From: an uncultured Thermodesulfobacteriota bacterium
Lineage (GTDB): Bacteria > Desulfobacterota > BSN033 > WVXP01
Direction of reading: 5' to 3'
DNA length: 64,000 nucleotides
Assembly: GCA_964348185.1 (NCBI GenBank)
Contig: CAYGBW010000093.1
Location: 7,963 to 71,962 of the forward strand
Shown here: one piece after another, positions 1-8,918 of the stretch
How positions within the stretch are numbered: the first letter of the stretch is position 1
How the letters are laid out: every line of letters starts with the position of its first letter
Program-made: the position numbers and the translations under genes
Notes under the pieces: model-generated
What the model saw: the letters and a program-made list of their open reading frames with translations, nothing else
Told to the model about the DNA's origin: nothing
Databases searched by the model: none

Positions 1-59
1 GGAAATGGAAGGGCAAGGGGGGCCCCCCCTTGTCTTGCCCAGATGGATTGTGTATCATG

Positions 60-95
60 AGGCTTGTTTCAACGGGAAACAAGCCTCTTTTTTCT
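60..95 (+). terminator. Rho-independent terminator-like hairpin (stem aggcttgtttc / gaaacaagcct, loop aacgg) followed by cttttttct
   Basis: Perfect 11-bp stem read directly, plus a T-run on the + strand. Just upstream (10-40) lies a GC palindrome gggcaag-gggggcccccc-ttgtcttgccc. Confidence 0.6.
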
Positions 96-194
96 GAAGA
101 TCTCTGAACCCCTGAGAAAGTTCGGCCGGCGGGTCCTTCGACAGGAGGCTCCAGGGGAAATCCTTTTGAAGTTCGGGGGGGAATTCAGATATAA

Positions 195-1115
195 TTGTCA
201 ATGAATCATCTTGGAGACAGAGAGCCGACAATGGGCGACGGATCGAGGGGTGTCAAAGGGGAGTTGGAAGAACGGGTTAGAATACTCTCAGAACTCAGGC
301 CGAGCCATCGGAAGGTCTTGGAGTTTTATGGCGCAGTTTTTGAAGAACAGTTAAAAACGAAGGAAAAGTTTCATTTTGAAGGTCCCGTTACGAAAAGGAG
401 AGCGACCTCTCAGAAAGGGGAAGAGATCCCTCCCCTAAGGGGAGAGGATATCCCCGTGGATCTCGGGGCCGCGAAAAGGCTCTTTCGTTCACTCTGTGGG
501 ATCGCAAAGAAACAGAATCCTACGCTTCGGCAAGGGGTTGAGAAGATCGAGAGGGCGTTGAGGAGCAGAAAAGTCGATCTGGACCGACTTCTGGGAGAGA
601 CGACACTCCCAGAAACGCCTTACGCACGCGAGGTCTCGTCTCTCCTGGGGCTGAGTCGTGATATTCTCGTCTTTCTGGCTCGGGCCAGTATCCAACCATT
701 TCTGGAGAAGGTGGCCGCCTGTCTGGGCGAGAGGTCTGATCGCCGAGAGTGGAACAGGGGGACCTGTCCCATCTGCGGTTCACCCCCCATCGTCTCAGAG
801 CTTTCCGGGGAAGAGGGAAAAAGGATGTGGATCTGCTCTCTCTGCGCGCACAAATGGCAGGGTCCCCGGATGGCATGTCCCTTTTGCAACAATGAGGACC
901 AAGAGGCCCATCGGTATCTGTTTGTGGAGGGGGACGAGACGGTCCGCGTCGATACCTGTGAAGCCTGTAGAAAGTATATCAAGACCATCGATTCGAGAAA
1001 GATGGGGGGCAAGCCACACCCCCTCCTGGAGTACATGGGAACCCTCCATTTAGACGTCCTGGCTCAAGAGGAGGGATATCAGAGGGGTTCGGCTCCGTTT
1101 CTGGAAATCAGCTAG
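195..1115 (+). CDS. fdhE: Formate dehydrogenase accessory protein FdhE
   Basis: 306 aa with four CxxC pairs (CPICGSPP, CSLCAHKW, CPFCNN, CEACRKY), the typical FdhE architecture. Confidence 0.8.
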   Translation: MSMNHLGDREPTMGDGSRGVKGELEERVRILSELRPSHRKVLEFYGAVFEEQLKTKEKFHFEGPVTKRRATSQKGEEIPPLRGEDIPVDLGAAKRLFRSLCGIAKKQNPTLRQGVEKIERALRSRKVDLDRLLGETTLPETPYAREVSSLLGLSRDILVFLARASIQPFLEKVAACLGERSDRREWNRGTCPICGSPPIVSELSGEEGKRMWICSLCAHKWQGPRMACPFCNNEDQEAHRYLFVEGDETVRVDTCEACRKYIKTIDSRKMGGKPHPLLEYMGTLHLDVLAQEEGYQRGSAPFLEIS

Positions 1116-1137
1116 CAGGCATGGGAGGGATAAGCGT

Positions 1138-2289
1138 ATGAGACGGACAATACTCTTGATCGGTATGAGCTTTTTTCTGTGGGTGGCCCTTTCGCCTTCT
1201 GCCCTGGCTGGAGGCAAGCCGATTGATTTGACGGTTGTGTATAGCAACAACATCAATGGTAAGGTCCGTCCCTGTCCCACCTGAGGGAACAAGACAATCG
1301 GCGGCCTGGTCAGGCGCGCGACGATGATCAAGAGATGGAAGGAAGAGGGGAAGAACCTCCTGATTCTCGATGGGGGAGACCTCTTCTATCCCAAGGGTCT
1401 TAATCCGTCATCCCAGAACGAAAAGGCCGTGCTGAATCTCAAAGCCAAGGCCATTGTTGCCGCCTTCAATCAGATGGGCTGCAATGCGATCACGATCGGC
1501 GAGGATGACCTTCTCTGGGGAAAGGAAAACCTCCTGGAAATCATGAAAGACGCCGAGTTTCCTGCGGTCAGTGCCAACCTCATCGACGGCGCCTCAGGGG
1601 AGCCCCTTTTCCAACCCTATGTGATCGAGCAGATGGAAGGATTCAGCGTCGGTATTTTCGGACTCTTTCCCGAGGTCCGAGGAAGCAAGGAGGGTTCGTT
1701 CGCCGGGCTGACCGTTCTGGACCCTTTCAAAACCGCTCAGCAGGTCGTTTCAGAGGTTCAAAAGAAGGCCGATGTGGTCGTTCTTCTGAGCCACCTGGGT
1801 TATGCAAAGGACCTGGAGCTGGCAAAGAAGGTTGAGGGAATCCATGTCATCGTGGGAGGTCATTCGGGTGTCAACCTCTCCTACCCTCGGATCATCCGAA
1901 ATACGGTGGTCCTTCAGGTTTCAAATAGAGGCCGCTACCTGGGCAGGGTTGACCTCAGAATCGACGACCTTTCACGTCCCTTTGTCAATGTGGCCACAAG
2001 AGACATGCTTGAGAAGCGGCTCCAACGGATTGAAGCAGAACTAGAAATCCTCGACAGAACCGGTGGCCAGGACTCGGCCCAGAAAGAAAGGAAAAGGGAG
2101 ACCCTGGGAAAACAGAAAGCAGAAGGCGAAAGAACCCTTGGATTGTATGAGGGGCACAACGAATTGGCCAACCAGATCGTCTCCCTGACCCAAGAGATTC
2201 CCCAAGACGCGAACTGCGAGGGGGTCCTGAAACCCTATTTCCTTCAGATCTCCGAGCTTGAGAGAGCATCGCCTTCCGGGAGCGAGTAA
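1138..2289 (+). CDS. 5'-nucleotidase/metallophosphatase-family lipoprotein homolog with one in-frame TGA at 1282-1284. It is either a candidate selenoprotein (CPT-U-G) or a pseudogene.
   Basis: Signal peptide MRRTILLIGMSFFLWVALSPSALA plus a motif-1 region run in frame through a TGA into ORF 1324..2289. The downstream ORF carries the 5'-NT N-domain motifs (LILDGGDLF, FPAVSANL, VVVLLSHLG, VIVGGHSG). A hairpin gcct-GGUC-aggc sits at 1304-1315. Confidence 0.5.
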
Positions 2290-2354
2290 TCTCCCCGTTT
2301 ACCAGAGGGGCCTCAAAAAAGGGCAGAATCGGGTATTCACAAGGGTTTTCGACC

Positions 2355-4151
2355 GTGGGCTCAACGCTTGACCTCGTTCTCCTCCATCCCCCCAGCCTCT
2401 ACGACTTCAGAAGGAGCCCTGTGATGCACGGCCCCATCAGCGACGTGGTGCCGTCAACCCCTATTTTTGAATTCTACCCCATCGGTTTTGTCAGCCTTTC
2501 AGAATACCTGGAAAGGCAGGGTTTCCGCGTTCGAATCGTGAACGTGGCTCTCAAGATGTTGAAGCGTCCGGGATTTGACGTGGAGAGGTTCATCGCCTCC
2601 CTAAATCCAAGGCTCTTTGGCCTCGACCTCCACTGGCTGGCGCATATTCAAGGAGCCCTGGCCTTGGCTGAAATTATCAAGCGGTTTCATCCCCAGACAC
2701 CGGTCATTCTCGGGGGACTTTCTGCCACGTACTTCCATGAGGAGATTCTGGGCCGATACCCACAGGTCGATTTTGTTGCTCGAGGGGACTCAACCGAAGA
2801 ACCGCTCTGCCGGCTCCTGAAAGCCCTCAGAGAGGGAGGGGACTTGCGGGAGGTTCCGAATCTCTCCTGGAGAGGCACCCATGGGGAGATCCGCGTCAAT
2901 CCTCTCTCCCACGTGCCGGAGAATCTCGACCATATTGCCATCGATTATCGTCACATCATGAAAAAGGTGGTCCGTTATCTGGACCCCTCCGGGTATGAGC
3001 CCTTTTTCAACTGGTATACCTATCCTGTAACAGCGGTTTTCACGTGCCGGGGATGCATCAACGATTGTCACACGTGCGGCGGATCGGCCGATACTTTCAA
3101 GGCGATGGCGTGTCGAAAACAGCCCGCCTATCGGTCGCCCCGTCTGCTGGCGGGAGACGTCTTTAACAGTATCGATCATCTCAATGCTCCTGTCATGATC
3201 ATCGGGGACATCTTCCAACCGGGGCGGGACTACGGATTCGAATTCCTCTCTGCACTCAGACAGCGCACGATAAAGAACCACATCGCCTTTGAGTTCTTTA
3301 GACCCCCATCCCGAGAAAAACTCGAGAGAATTGCCGAGACGGTTCCCAATTTCAACATCGAGATCTCGCCTGAGTCTCATGACGAAGACGTCCGGCGCCG
3401 TTTTGGAAGACAGTACGACAACCGGTCCCTGGAGGAGATGATCGAGAACGCCTTGGACTTGGAATGCAAACGCATCGACCTGTTTTTCATGATCGGCCTT
3501 CCCGGCCAGACCTATCAATCCGTCATGGATACCGTGGAGTACTGCCGGGACCTTCTGGAACGATTTGGAAAGAATCGTCGGGTGATCCCATTTATCTCCC
3601 CCATGGCCCCCTTTCTCGATCCGGGAAGCACCGTCTTTGAGCATCCCGAAGCGTTCGGATACAGAATTCACTACAAAACAGCCGAAGAACACCGCCAGGC
3701 GCTAATGTCCCCAAGCTGGAAGTATATGTTGAATTACGAGACAGAGTGGATGAGCAGGGACGAGATCGCCTATGGTACCTACGAAGCAGCCCTCAGACTC
3801 AACCGTCTCAAAGCCCGGTACGGCCTCGCCGATCCGGATACTGCGCGGGTGATTGAACAGAGGATCCAGGATGCCGTCCAACTGATGCATGAGATTGATC
3901 GGGTCGTGGAAAGGGTCGGGCCGGAAGACCAGGAGAAAGCGTTGGGCCAGTTGGGGGTCCGCTTCAGCCATCTCGACATGGCGACCATTTGCGGTAAGGA
4001 TGAACTCCAGTGGCCTACCCACTTTTTTCGGATGAACTGGTTCAAGATCCTCAAGACCCTTCTCCTGCCAACCCATCCCAACGTGGCATTCCAGGAGAAA
4101 TTCGATGGTGTACAAAGAACAACTCCTCAGCCAGATCCCCAAGGTCGATGA
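2355..4151 (+). CDS. B12-binding domain radical SAM protein
   Basis: N-terminal B12-binding fold (LVLLHPPSLYDF...YPIGFVSLSEYL), then a CxxxCxxC cluster within CRGCINDCHTCGG. Confidence 0.75.
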   Translation: MGSTLDLVLLHPPSLYDFRRSPVMHGPISDVVPSTPIFEFYPIGFVSLSEYLERQGFRVRIVNVALKMLKRPGFDVERFIASLNPRLFGLDLHWLAHIQGALALAEIIKRFHPQTPVILGGLSATYFHEEILGRYPQVDFVARGDSTEEPLCRLLKALREGGDLREVPNLSWRGTHGEIRVNPLSHVPENLDHIAIDYRHIMKKVVRYLDPSGYEPFFNWYTYPVTAVFTCRGCINDCHTCGGSADTFKAMACRKQPAYRSPRLLAGDVFNSIDHLNAPVMIIGDIFQPGRDYGFEFLSALRQRTIKNHIAFEFFRPPSREKLERIAETVPNFNIEISPESHDEDVRRRFGRQYDNRSLEEMIENALDLECKRIDLFFMIGLPGQTYQSVMDTVEYCRDLLERFGKNRRVIPFISPMAPFLDPGSTVFEHPEAFGYRIHYKTAEEHRQALMSPSWKYMLNYETEWMSRDEIAYGTYEAALRLNRLKARYGLADPDTARVIEQRIQDAVQLMHEIDRVVERVGPEDQEKALGQLGVRFSHLDMATICGKDELQWPTHFFRMNWFKILKTLLLPTHPNVAFQEKFDGVQRTTPQPDPQGR

Positions 4152-5526
4152 CATATTGAGAGATCCGGGTGTTTCTCAATGGATCGATACGTACTCTCGA
4201 AACGTCGTCGTAGCGGCCATTCGTGCGGGTCTGGAACGTCTCCGAGGGGATCTTCTCGCTTTCCCCGAGGACAGAGTCCTGGATCGGGCGATGTTTTCCA
4301 TGGAAGCGCTGATGCCGTATTTCAGAGAGGCTATCGACCGGCAGGTCACGTGTCGCCTCAGGCGGGTCATCAATGCAACGGGGGTGGTCATTCATACCAA
4401 CCTGGGACGGTCTCTCCTGCACGGTAGCGCAATCAACCAAATGGAAGAGGTCTCCCGCCATTTTTCCAACCTGGAATACGATCTGGAACAGGGACAGCGA
4501 GGATCTCGCTATGTCCATGTGGAGGAGATCCTTTGCACCCTGACCGGGGCTGAGGCGGCCCTTGTTGTAAACAACAATGCGGCTGCGGTCCTTTTGGTGC
4601 TTAACACCCTGGCAGAGGGCAGGGAGGTGATCGTCTCTCGTGGCCAACTCGTAGAGATCGGAGGGGCTTTCAGAATCCCCGACGTGATGCGCCGCAGTGG
4701 CGCCCGGTTGGTGGAGGTGGGAACCACGAACCGAACCCACCTCCAAGACTACGATCGGGCAATTGGCGAAGAGACGGCTCTGCTGCTGAGGGTTCATACG
4801 AGCAATTTCAAGATTGTCGGGTTCACTGCTGAGGTGGCCCCCAACGAGCTGGTCGATCTCGGAAGGAGCCGGAACATTCCGGTCATGGAAGATCTGGGGA
4901 GCGGTTGTCTTGTTGACCTCACCCCATATGGGTTCAGAGAGGAACCCCTGGTTCAGGAGTCGATCAAGGTGGGCCTTGATGTGGTGACTTTCAGCGGTGA
5001 CAAACTCCTCGGTGGGCCTCAGGCCGGGATTATTCTGGGGAGGGGGGAGGTCATCAGCCGTGTCCGAGCCAATCCGCTCAACCGCGCCCTTCGGATCGAT
5101 AAGCTCACCCTTGCCGCTCTGGAGTCGACCCTGCGACTCTATCTGGATGAAAGCCGGGCGCTCCAGGAGATTCCGACCCTCGCCATGATAACGACCTCCC
5201 GGAGGAAACTGATCCCGAAGGCGCGGCGTCTCCTCAGACAGATCCGGTCACAAGCCGGCGAGAGCCTTGAGGCTGTGATTCGGGAGGATCGTTCCCAGGT
5301 CGGAGGTGGCGCCTACCCTCTCCAGGAACTCCCCACCGAGGTGATCTCTATTCGGGCGAAGACCCTCTCACCAAACCAATTGGAAGAAAGGCTCAGAAGA
5401 CATCGTCCACCCGTCATTGCCCGGATCCACAGAGATGAACTCCTCCTTGACCTCAGGACCATTCAGGATCGCGACCATTCTCTCATTGCTCAGGCCGTGG
5501 CTCGGGCTGTGAACCAAGCGGGGTGA
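4105..5526 (+). CDS. selA: L-seryl-tRNA(Sec) selenium transferase (selenocysteine synthase)
   Basis: 473 aa. SelA-family motifs present: VINATGVVIHTNLGRS, FSGDKLLGGPQAGIILG. Confidence 0.85.
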   Translation: MVYKEQLLSQIPKVDDILRDPGVSQWIDTYSRNVVVAAIRAGLERLRGDLLAFPEDRVLDRAMFSMEALMPYFREAIDRQVTCRLRRVINATGVVIHTNLGRSLLHGSAINQMEEVSRHFSNLEYDLEQGQRGSRYVHVEEILCTLTGAEAALVVNNNAAAVLLVLNTLAEGREVIVSRGQLVEIGGAFRIPDVMRRSGARLVEVGTTNRTHLQDYDRAIGEETALLLRVHTSNFKIVGFTAEVAPNELVDLGRSRNIPVMEDLGSGCLVDLTPYGFREEPLVQESIKVGLDVVTFSGDKLLGGPQAGIILGRGEVISRVRANPLNRALRIDKLTLAALESTLRLYLDESRALQEIPTLAMITTSRRKLIPKARRLLRQIRSQAGESLEAVIREDRSQVGGGAYPLQELPTEVISIRAKTLSPNQLEERLRRHRPPVIARIHRDELLLDLRTIQDRDHSLIAQAVARAVNQAG

Positions 5527-6494
5527 CAGAGCCGATGGAAAGAGCCTTTGCTTTCCTCGTTTCCAAGGGAGATGAAGGCAAACGATTCGACCGTTTTCTT
5601 CAACAACAGAACCTATCCCTTTCACGATCACAGATAAAGCGGTTGATTGATGGGGGCCAGTTCCTCGTCAATGGTCGACAAGCAAAGACTGCGGCCAAGC
5701 TCAAACCCGGAGATCGGGTCAGCGGTTCGGTGCCAGCTCCCCTCCCTCTAGAGGTGAACAGGGAGGACATCCCCCTCGATGTTCTCTATGAAGATCCCCA
5801 CATCATTGTGGTCAACAAGGCACCCGGAATGGTGGTCCATCCCGCTCCTGGCTTTTTTTCAGGAACCCTGGTCAACGCCCTTCTGTTTCACTGCAAGGAT
5901 CTGTCGGGCATCAATGGTGTCCTCCGTCCAGGAATCGTTCACCGTTTGGATCGGTACACGTCCGGCGTGATCGTTGCCGCAAAAAACGACCTGGCCCATG
6001 ATTCACTGGTCAGGCAGTTCAAGAGTCGCACTGTGGAGAAACGCTACGTGGCCGTGGTCTGCGGTCACTTTATGGACCCGGCAGGTATCGTCACGGCCCC
6101 CTTGGGAAGGCACCCCAAGAATCGCCTGTTGGTTTCCGTACACACGCGAAGTCCCAGACAAGCCATCACCCGGTGGAGGGTCCTCGAGGCCTGGAGACAC
6201 TTTACACTCCTCGAGATCTTCCCTAAAACGGGGCGGACCCATCAGATCCGGGTCCATCTCTCTTCCATCGGTCACCCGATCCTGGGTGACCCGGTCTACA
6301 GCCGGAGAAAACATCTGAGGCCTATCGAGAACACGGCATTGAGCCGTCGGGCTGGGGAGTTTCCGAGACAGGCCCTCCACGCCACGGATCTCAGGTTTTT
6401 TCACCCCCACACCGGCGAGCCTGTTGCGTTCCATGCCCCGCTGGCGCATGACTTGGAAGCAATCATTGAGTTTTTGAGGAGTAAGGATCGGTGA
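5523..6494 (+). CDS. rluD: RluA-family 23S rRNA pseudouridine synthase (RluD-like)
   Basis: S4-like N-terminus, catalytic HRLDRYTSGVIVAAKN motif, C-terminal PILGDPVY. Confidence 0.8.
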   Translation: MTEPMERAFAFLVSKGDEGKRFDRFLQQQNLSLSRSQIKRLIDGGQFLVNGRQAKTAAKLKPGDRVSGSVPAPLPLEVNREDIPLDVLYEDPHIIVVNKAPGMVVHPAPGFFSGTLVNALLFHCKDLSGINGVLRPGIVHRLDRYTSGVIVAAKNDLAHDSLVRQFKSRTVEKRYVAVVCGHFMDPAGIVTAPLGRHPKNRLLVSVHTRSPRQAITRWRVLEAWRHFTLLEIFPKTGRTHQIRVHLSSIGHPILGDPVYSRRKHLRPIENTALSRRAGEFPRQALHATDLRFFHPHTGEPVAFHAPLAHDLEAIIEFLRSKDR

Positions 6495-7303
6495 TGGAAA
6501 AGCTCGGCGTTTCCTCCCTTCAGACAAAAGGCGGTCTGGGATTCTACCGGGCTCCCCACTTGGAGGCGACTGGCCGGCTCATCCACGCCTTTTCTACCCG
6601 ACAGGGTGGGGTCAGTCCTCCTCCCTTTGAGTCGCTGAACCTGGGCTTTGACACAGGAGACAAGGCGATCCATATCCGAAAGAACAGGGAGATTCTCACC
6701 GACGCCTTTGGACTCTCTCCTTCGGTCCTTCTCACGGTCAATCAGGTACACGAGGATGGTATCCTCGTGGTTGACTCGGCATGGCCACAGGACTATTCCG
6801 GAGCATCCTGTGATGCCATCATCTCCGATAGACCTGGCCTTGCCATCGGCGTGTTGACCGCTGACTGCGTTCCTGTCCTCCTTTTTGACCCGGACCATCT
6901 GACCGTTGCCGTGATTCATGCGGGTTGGAAGGGAACATCCCTTGATCTTCCGGGGAACACCGTGGCAACGATGGTCGACCGATTCAACACCCGGCCCGAA
7001 AATCTCATGGCCGTGGTGGGTCCATCGATCGGACCCTGTTGCTATGAGATCGATGAGCCCGTGTACTCGGTCTTTTCTCGTCGCCATGACAGCCGGTCGA
7101 AATGGACAAAGGGGGTTTCCCCCAGCTCCTGGATGCTGAACCTCCCCCAGGGGAACGTGGATCTCCTCGTCGAGTCGGGGGTTCGGCGAGAAAACGTCGT
7201 CCTCATCGACATCTGCACCCGTTGTCGAAGGGACCTCTTTTATTCCCACCGAGGAGACAGGGGAACCACAGGTCGACAGATCTCCTTTATCATGCTGAAA
7301 TAG
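6491..7303 (+). CDS. pgeF: Peptidoglycan editing factor PgeF / YfiH-family laccase-domain protein
   Basis: YfiH family features: HAGWKG, CYEIDEPVY, C-terminal CTRC...FYSHRGD. Confidence 0.75.
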   Translation: MMEKLGVSSLQTKGGLGFYRAPHLEATGRLIHAFSTRQGGVSPPPFESLNLGFDTGDKAIHIRKNREILTDAFGLSPSVLLTVNQVHEDGILVVDSAWPQDYSGASCDAIISDRPGLAIGVLTADCVPVLLFDPDHLTVAVIHAGWKGTSLDLPGNTVATMVDRFNTRPENLMAVVGPSIGPCCYEIDEPVYSVFSRRHDSRSKWTKGVSPSSWMLNLPQGNVDLLVESGVRRENVVLIDICTRCRRDLFYSHRGDRGTTGRQISFIMLK

Positions 7304-7499
7304 AATGGTGTCGTTGAGCCACTGTCAGTGATTTTCCAGGGGATCGGGAGGCCATATAGCCAGCCGCTTGTCGTTTCCCCGGATGCTTCCAACGGCAAAG
7401 ATCGGTCTCTTTCCACCGAACCCTTCTCAACCGATTGGAGCCGAGATTGATGGGATAGTTTCTTAGAACAAGACCTCTTTGCATTTTGCAAAGAAGTTA

Positions 7500-7650
7500 A
7501 AAATACGAAATCCGAATTTCGAATCTCGAAACAATTCCAAAATTCGAAATTATCAATGACCGAAACAGGTGGTATCGGAATCGTTTCCAATTTTGGATTC
7601 TGGTCATTCGATTTTGTTTCGGGTTTCGGATTTCGATATTCCGATTTGGT
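7500..7650. repeat. AT-rich imperfect inverted repeat built of TTCGAA/CGAAAT-type units
   Basis: Arms cgaaatccgaatttcgaatctcgaaacaa... and ...ttgtttcgggtttcggatttcgatattccg are near reverse-complements centred near 7578. The 12-mer gaatttcgaatc is shared with 45478-45492. Lies between convergent genes. Confidence 0.5.
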
Positions 7651-7699
7651 TGCGGCCAAAGGACGCCTTAGGATATTTGGCAGAAATGCGAATTCCCGC

Positions 7700-8914
7700 C
7701 TAATTCTGGGGAACTGAGGGTTTCATCAGGGAGGTGGTCTCGGCCTGGTGGAAGCCAAAGACCTTCTTCGCCATGAAATGACCGAATTCATAGGCCAGAT
7801 ACAGGGGCGTTCCCCTCCGATCGAGAGTCTGGGGGAATTCCTTCCAGAAATCGATGGGCTCTTCGATGGGATACCGATCCGCGACCTCGTGACGGAAAAC
7901 CTCCCACTCGCCCGGATCTGGACGGATCATGGAGATTCGGATCGACTCACAGCACCGTTGGTACTCATAAAAGTCGCCCAGGACCTCACTGAAGATCTCT
8001 TCAATGGCGGCCTTTTTGCGAGGCCACAGGGTTTCGAGAGATTCGTGAATCTGGAGAAGCGCGTTGCGCAACAGGAAATTCTCCACGCCCTTTTTGTCTA
8101 TTTCTGTCGAGAGAATCTGTTCGACTCGCAGGCCGATATCGACCAGGCCTTCGAACTCCCGGGAAGTCGATTCCGTCTCCAGAGGGGCTGAGAGAATCAC
8201 GACGACTTCCGATAGGGGAATCCCTCGGGTCTCAGCCACTTCGATGGCATCTAGGATCGGGGTCACCCGGCCCACCCCTCCGTCGATCCACTGGGTTGAC
8301 CGATCATAGGGGAATCTTCCCGGACTGAATGCGATGGGAATGGCGGTGCTGGCGAGGATGATTTCGGTAGCGTAAGGGGCGAGGGCGTCGTCACTGGGGT
8401 CTAGAGCATAGTATTTTCCCGTTTGAAGAGACACGACCCCTATTCGAAGGTGAGTCCCCGTTTGCCCGAGGTTCTTCCGAAGATCCCTGGCATTCTCATC
8501 AATCGCCTCTCGAAGCCGTGTATTGTCCTGAACCCCACTTATTTCTCCTAGCTGACGATACAGAATACCCCCAGGAAGAACCGCACTGATCACCTTTTCA
8601 GCCAGGGTGAAACGTTCCTGAATGATCTCAAGACCGGTTTCGGCCTGCCGGATCCAGATATCTTTCAACTTCTCAAAATAATCCAGCCCCTGAGCCACCA
8701 TCATGGCATTGAGCGCTCCAGAGGAGACGCCACAGATGATCCTGAAATGGTCCTGCCTTTCCTTGAGAAGATACTCGAGAGCCCCGAACTGAAAGATCCC
8801 CTTGGTCCCCCCGCCTGACAGAACAAGGGCCTTTTCTCCGATGGGCAAGGCAGGAACGGATTTCTTGGGAAGAAGGCTGGAAAAGATGCGAGCCCACAGG
8901 GACCCTCGTCCCAT
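7700..8914 (-). CDS. Patatin-like phospholipase family protein
   Basis: GGGTKG oxyanion motif, GVSSGA (GxSxG) nucleophile elbow, and a ~150-aa C-terminal extension. Confidence 0.8.
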   Translation of the reverse strand: MGRGSLWARIFSSLLPKKSVPALPIGEKALVLSGGGTKGIFQFGALEYLLKERQDHFRIICGVSSGALNAMMVAQGLDYFEKLKDIWIRQAETGLEIIQERFTLAEKVISAVLPGGILYRQLGEISGVQDNTRLREAIDENARDLRKNLGQTGTHLRIGVVSLQTGKYYALDPSDDALAPYATEIILASTAIPIAFSPGRFPYDRSTQWIDGGVGRVTPILDAIEVAETRGIPLSEVVVILSAPLETESTSREFEGLVDIGLRVEQILSTEIDKKGVENFLLRNALLQIHESLETLWPRKKAAIEEIFSEVLGDFYEYQRCCESIRISMIRPDPGEWEVFRHEVADRYPIEEPIDFWKEFPQTLDRRGTPLYLAYEFGHFMAKKVFGFHQAETTSLMKPSVPQN

Positions 8915-8918
8915 CAGA

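Noticed and set aside
2790-3692. Long antisense ORFs in the ORF track (2790..3692, 12406..12945, 15249..16286, 35936..36574, 59975..60514, 60961..61674, 62321..62887 and others)
   Set aside because: They lie opposite confidently assigned genes with clear family motifs and have Arg/Pro/Ser-rich compositions typical of GC-rich shadow frames.
7440-7690. AT-rich repeats considered as a CRISPR array or tRNA (GTTCGAATC-like T-loop motif at ~7515)
   Set aside because: Repeats are irregular and palindromic, without constant-length spacers. No cloverleaf (acceptor/anticodon stems) could be built around the TTCGAATC match.
7700-8914. Patatin-like phospholipase as a CBASS/defence effector
   Set aside because: No cyclic-oligonucleotide synthase, E1/E2, TIR or other defence partner within several kb. 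The neighbours are housekeeping genes.
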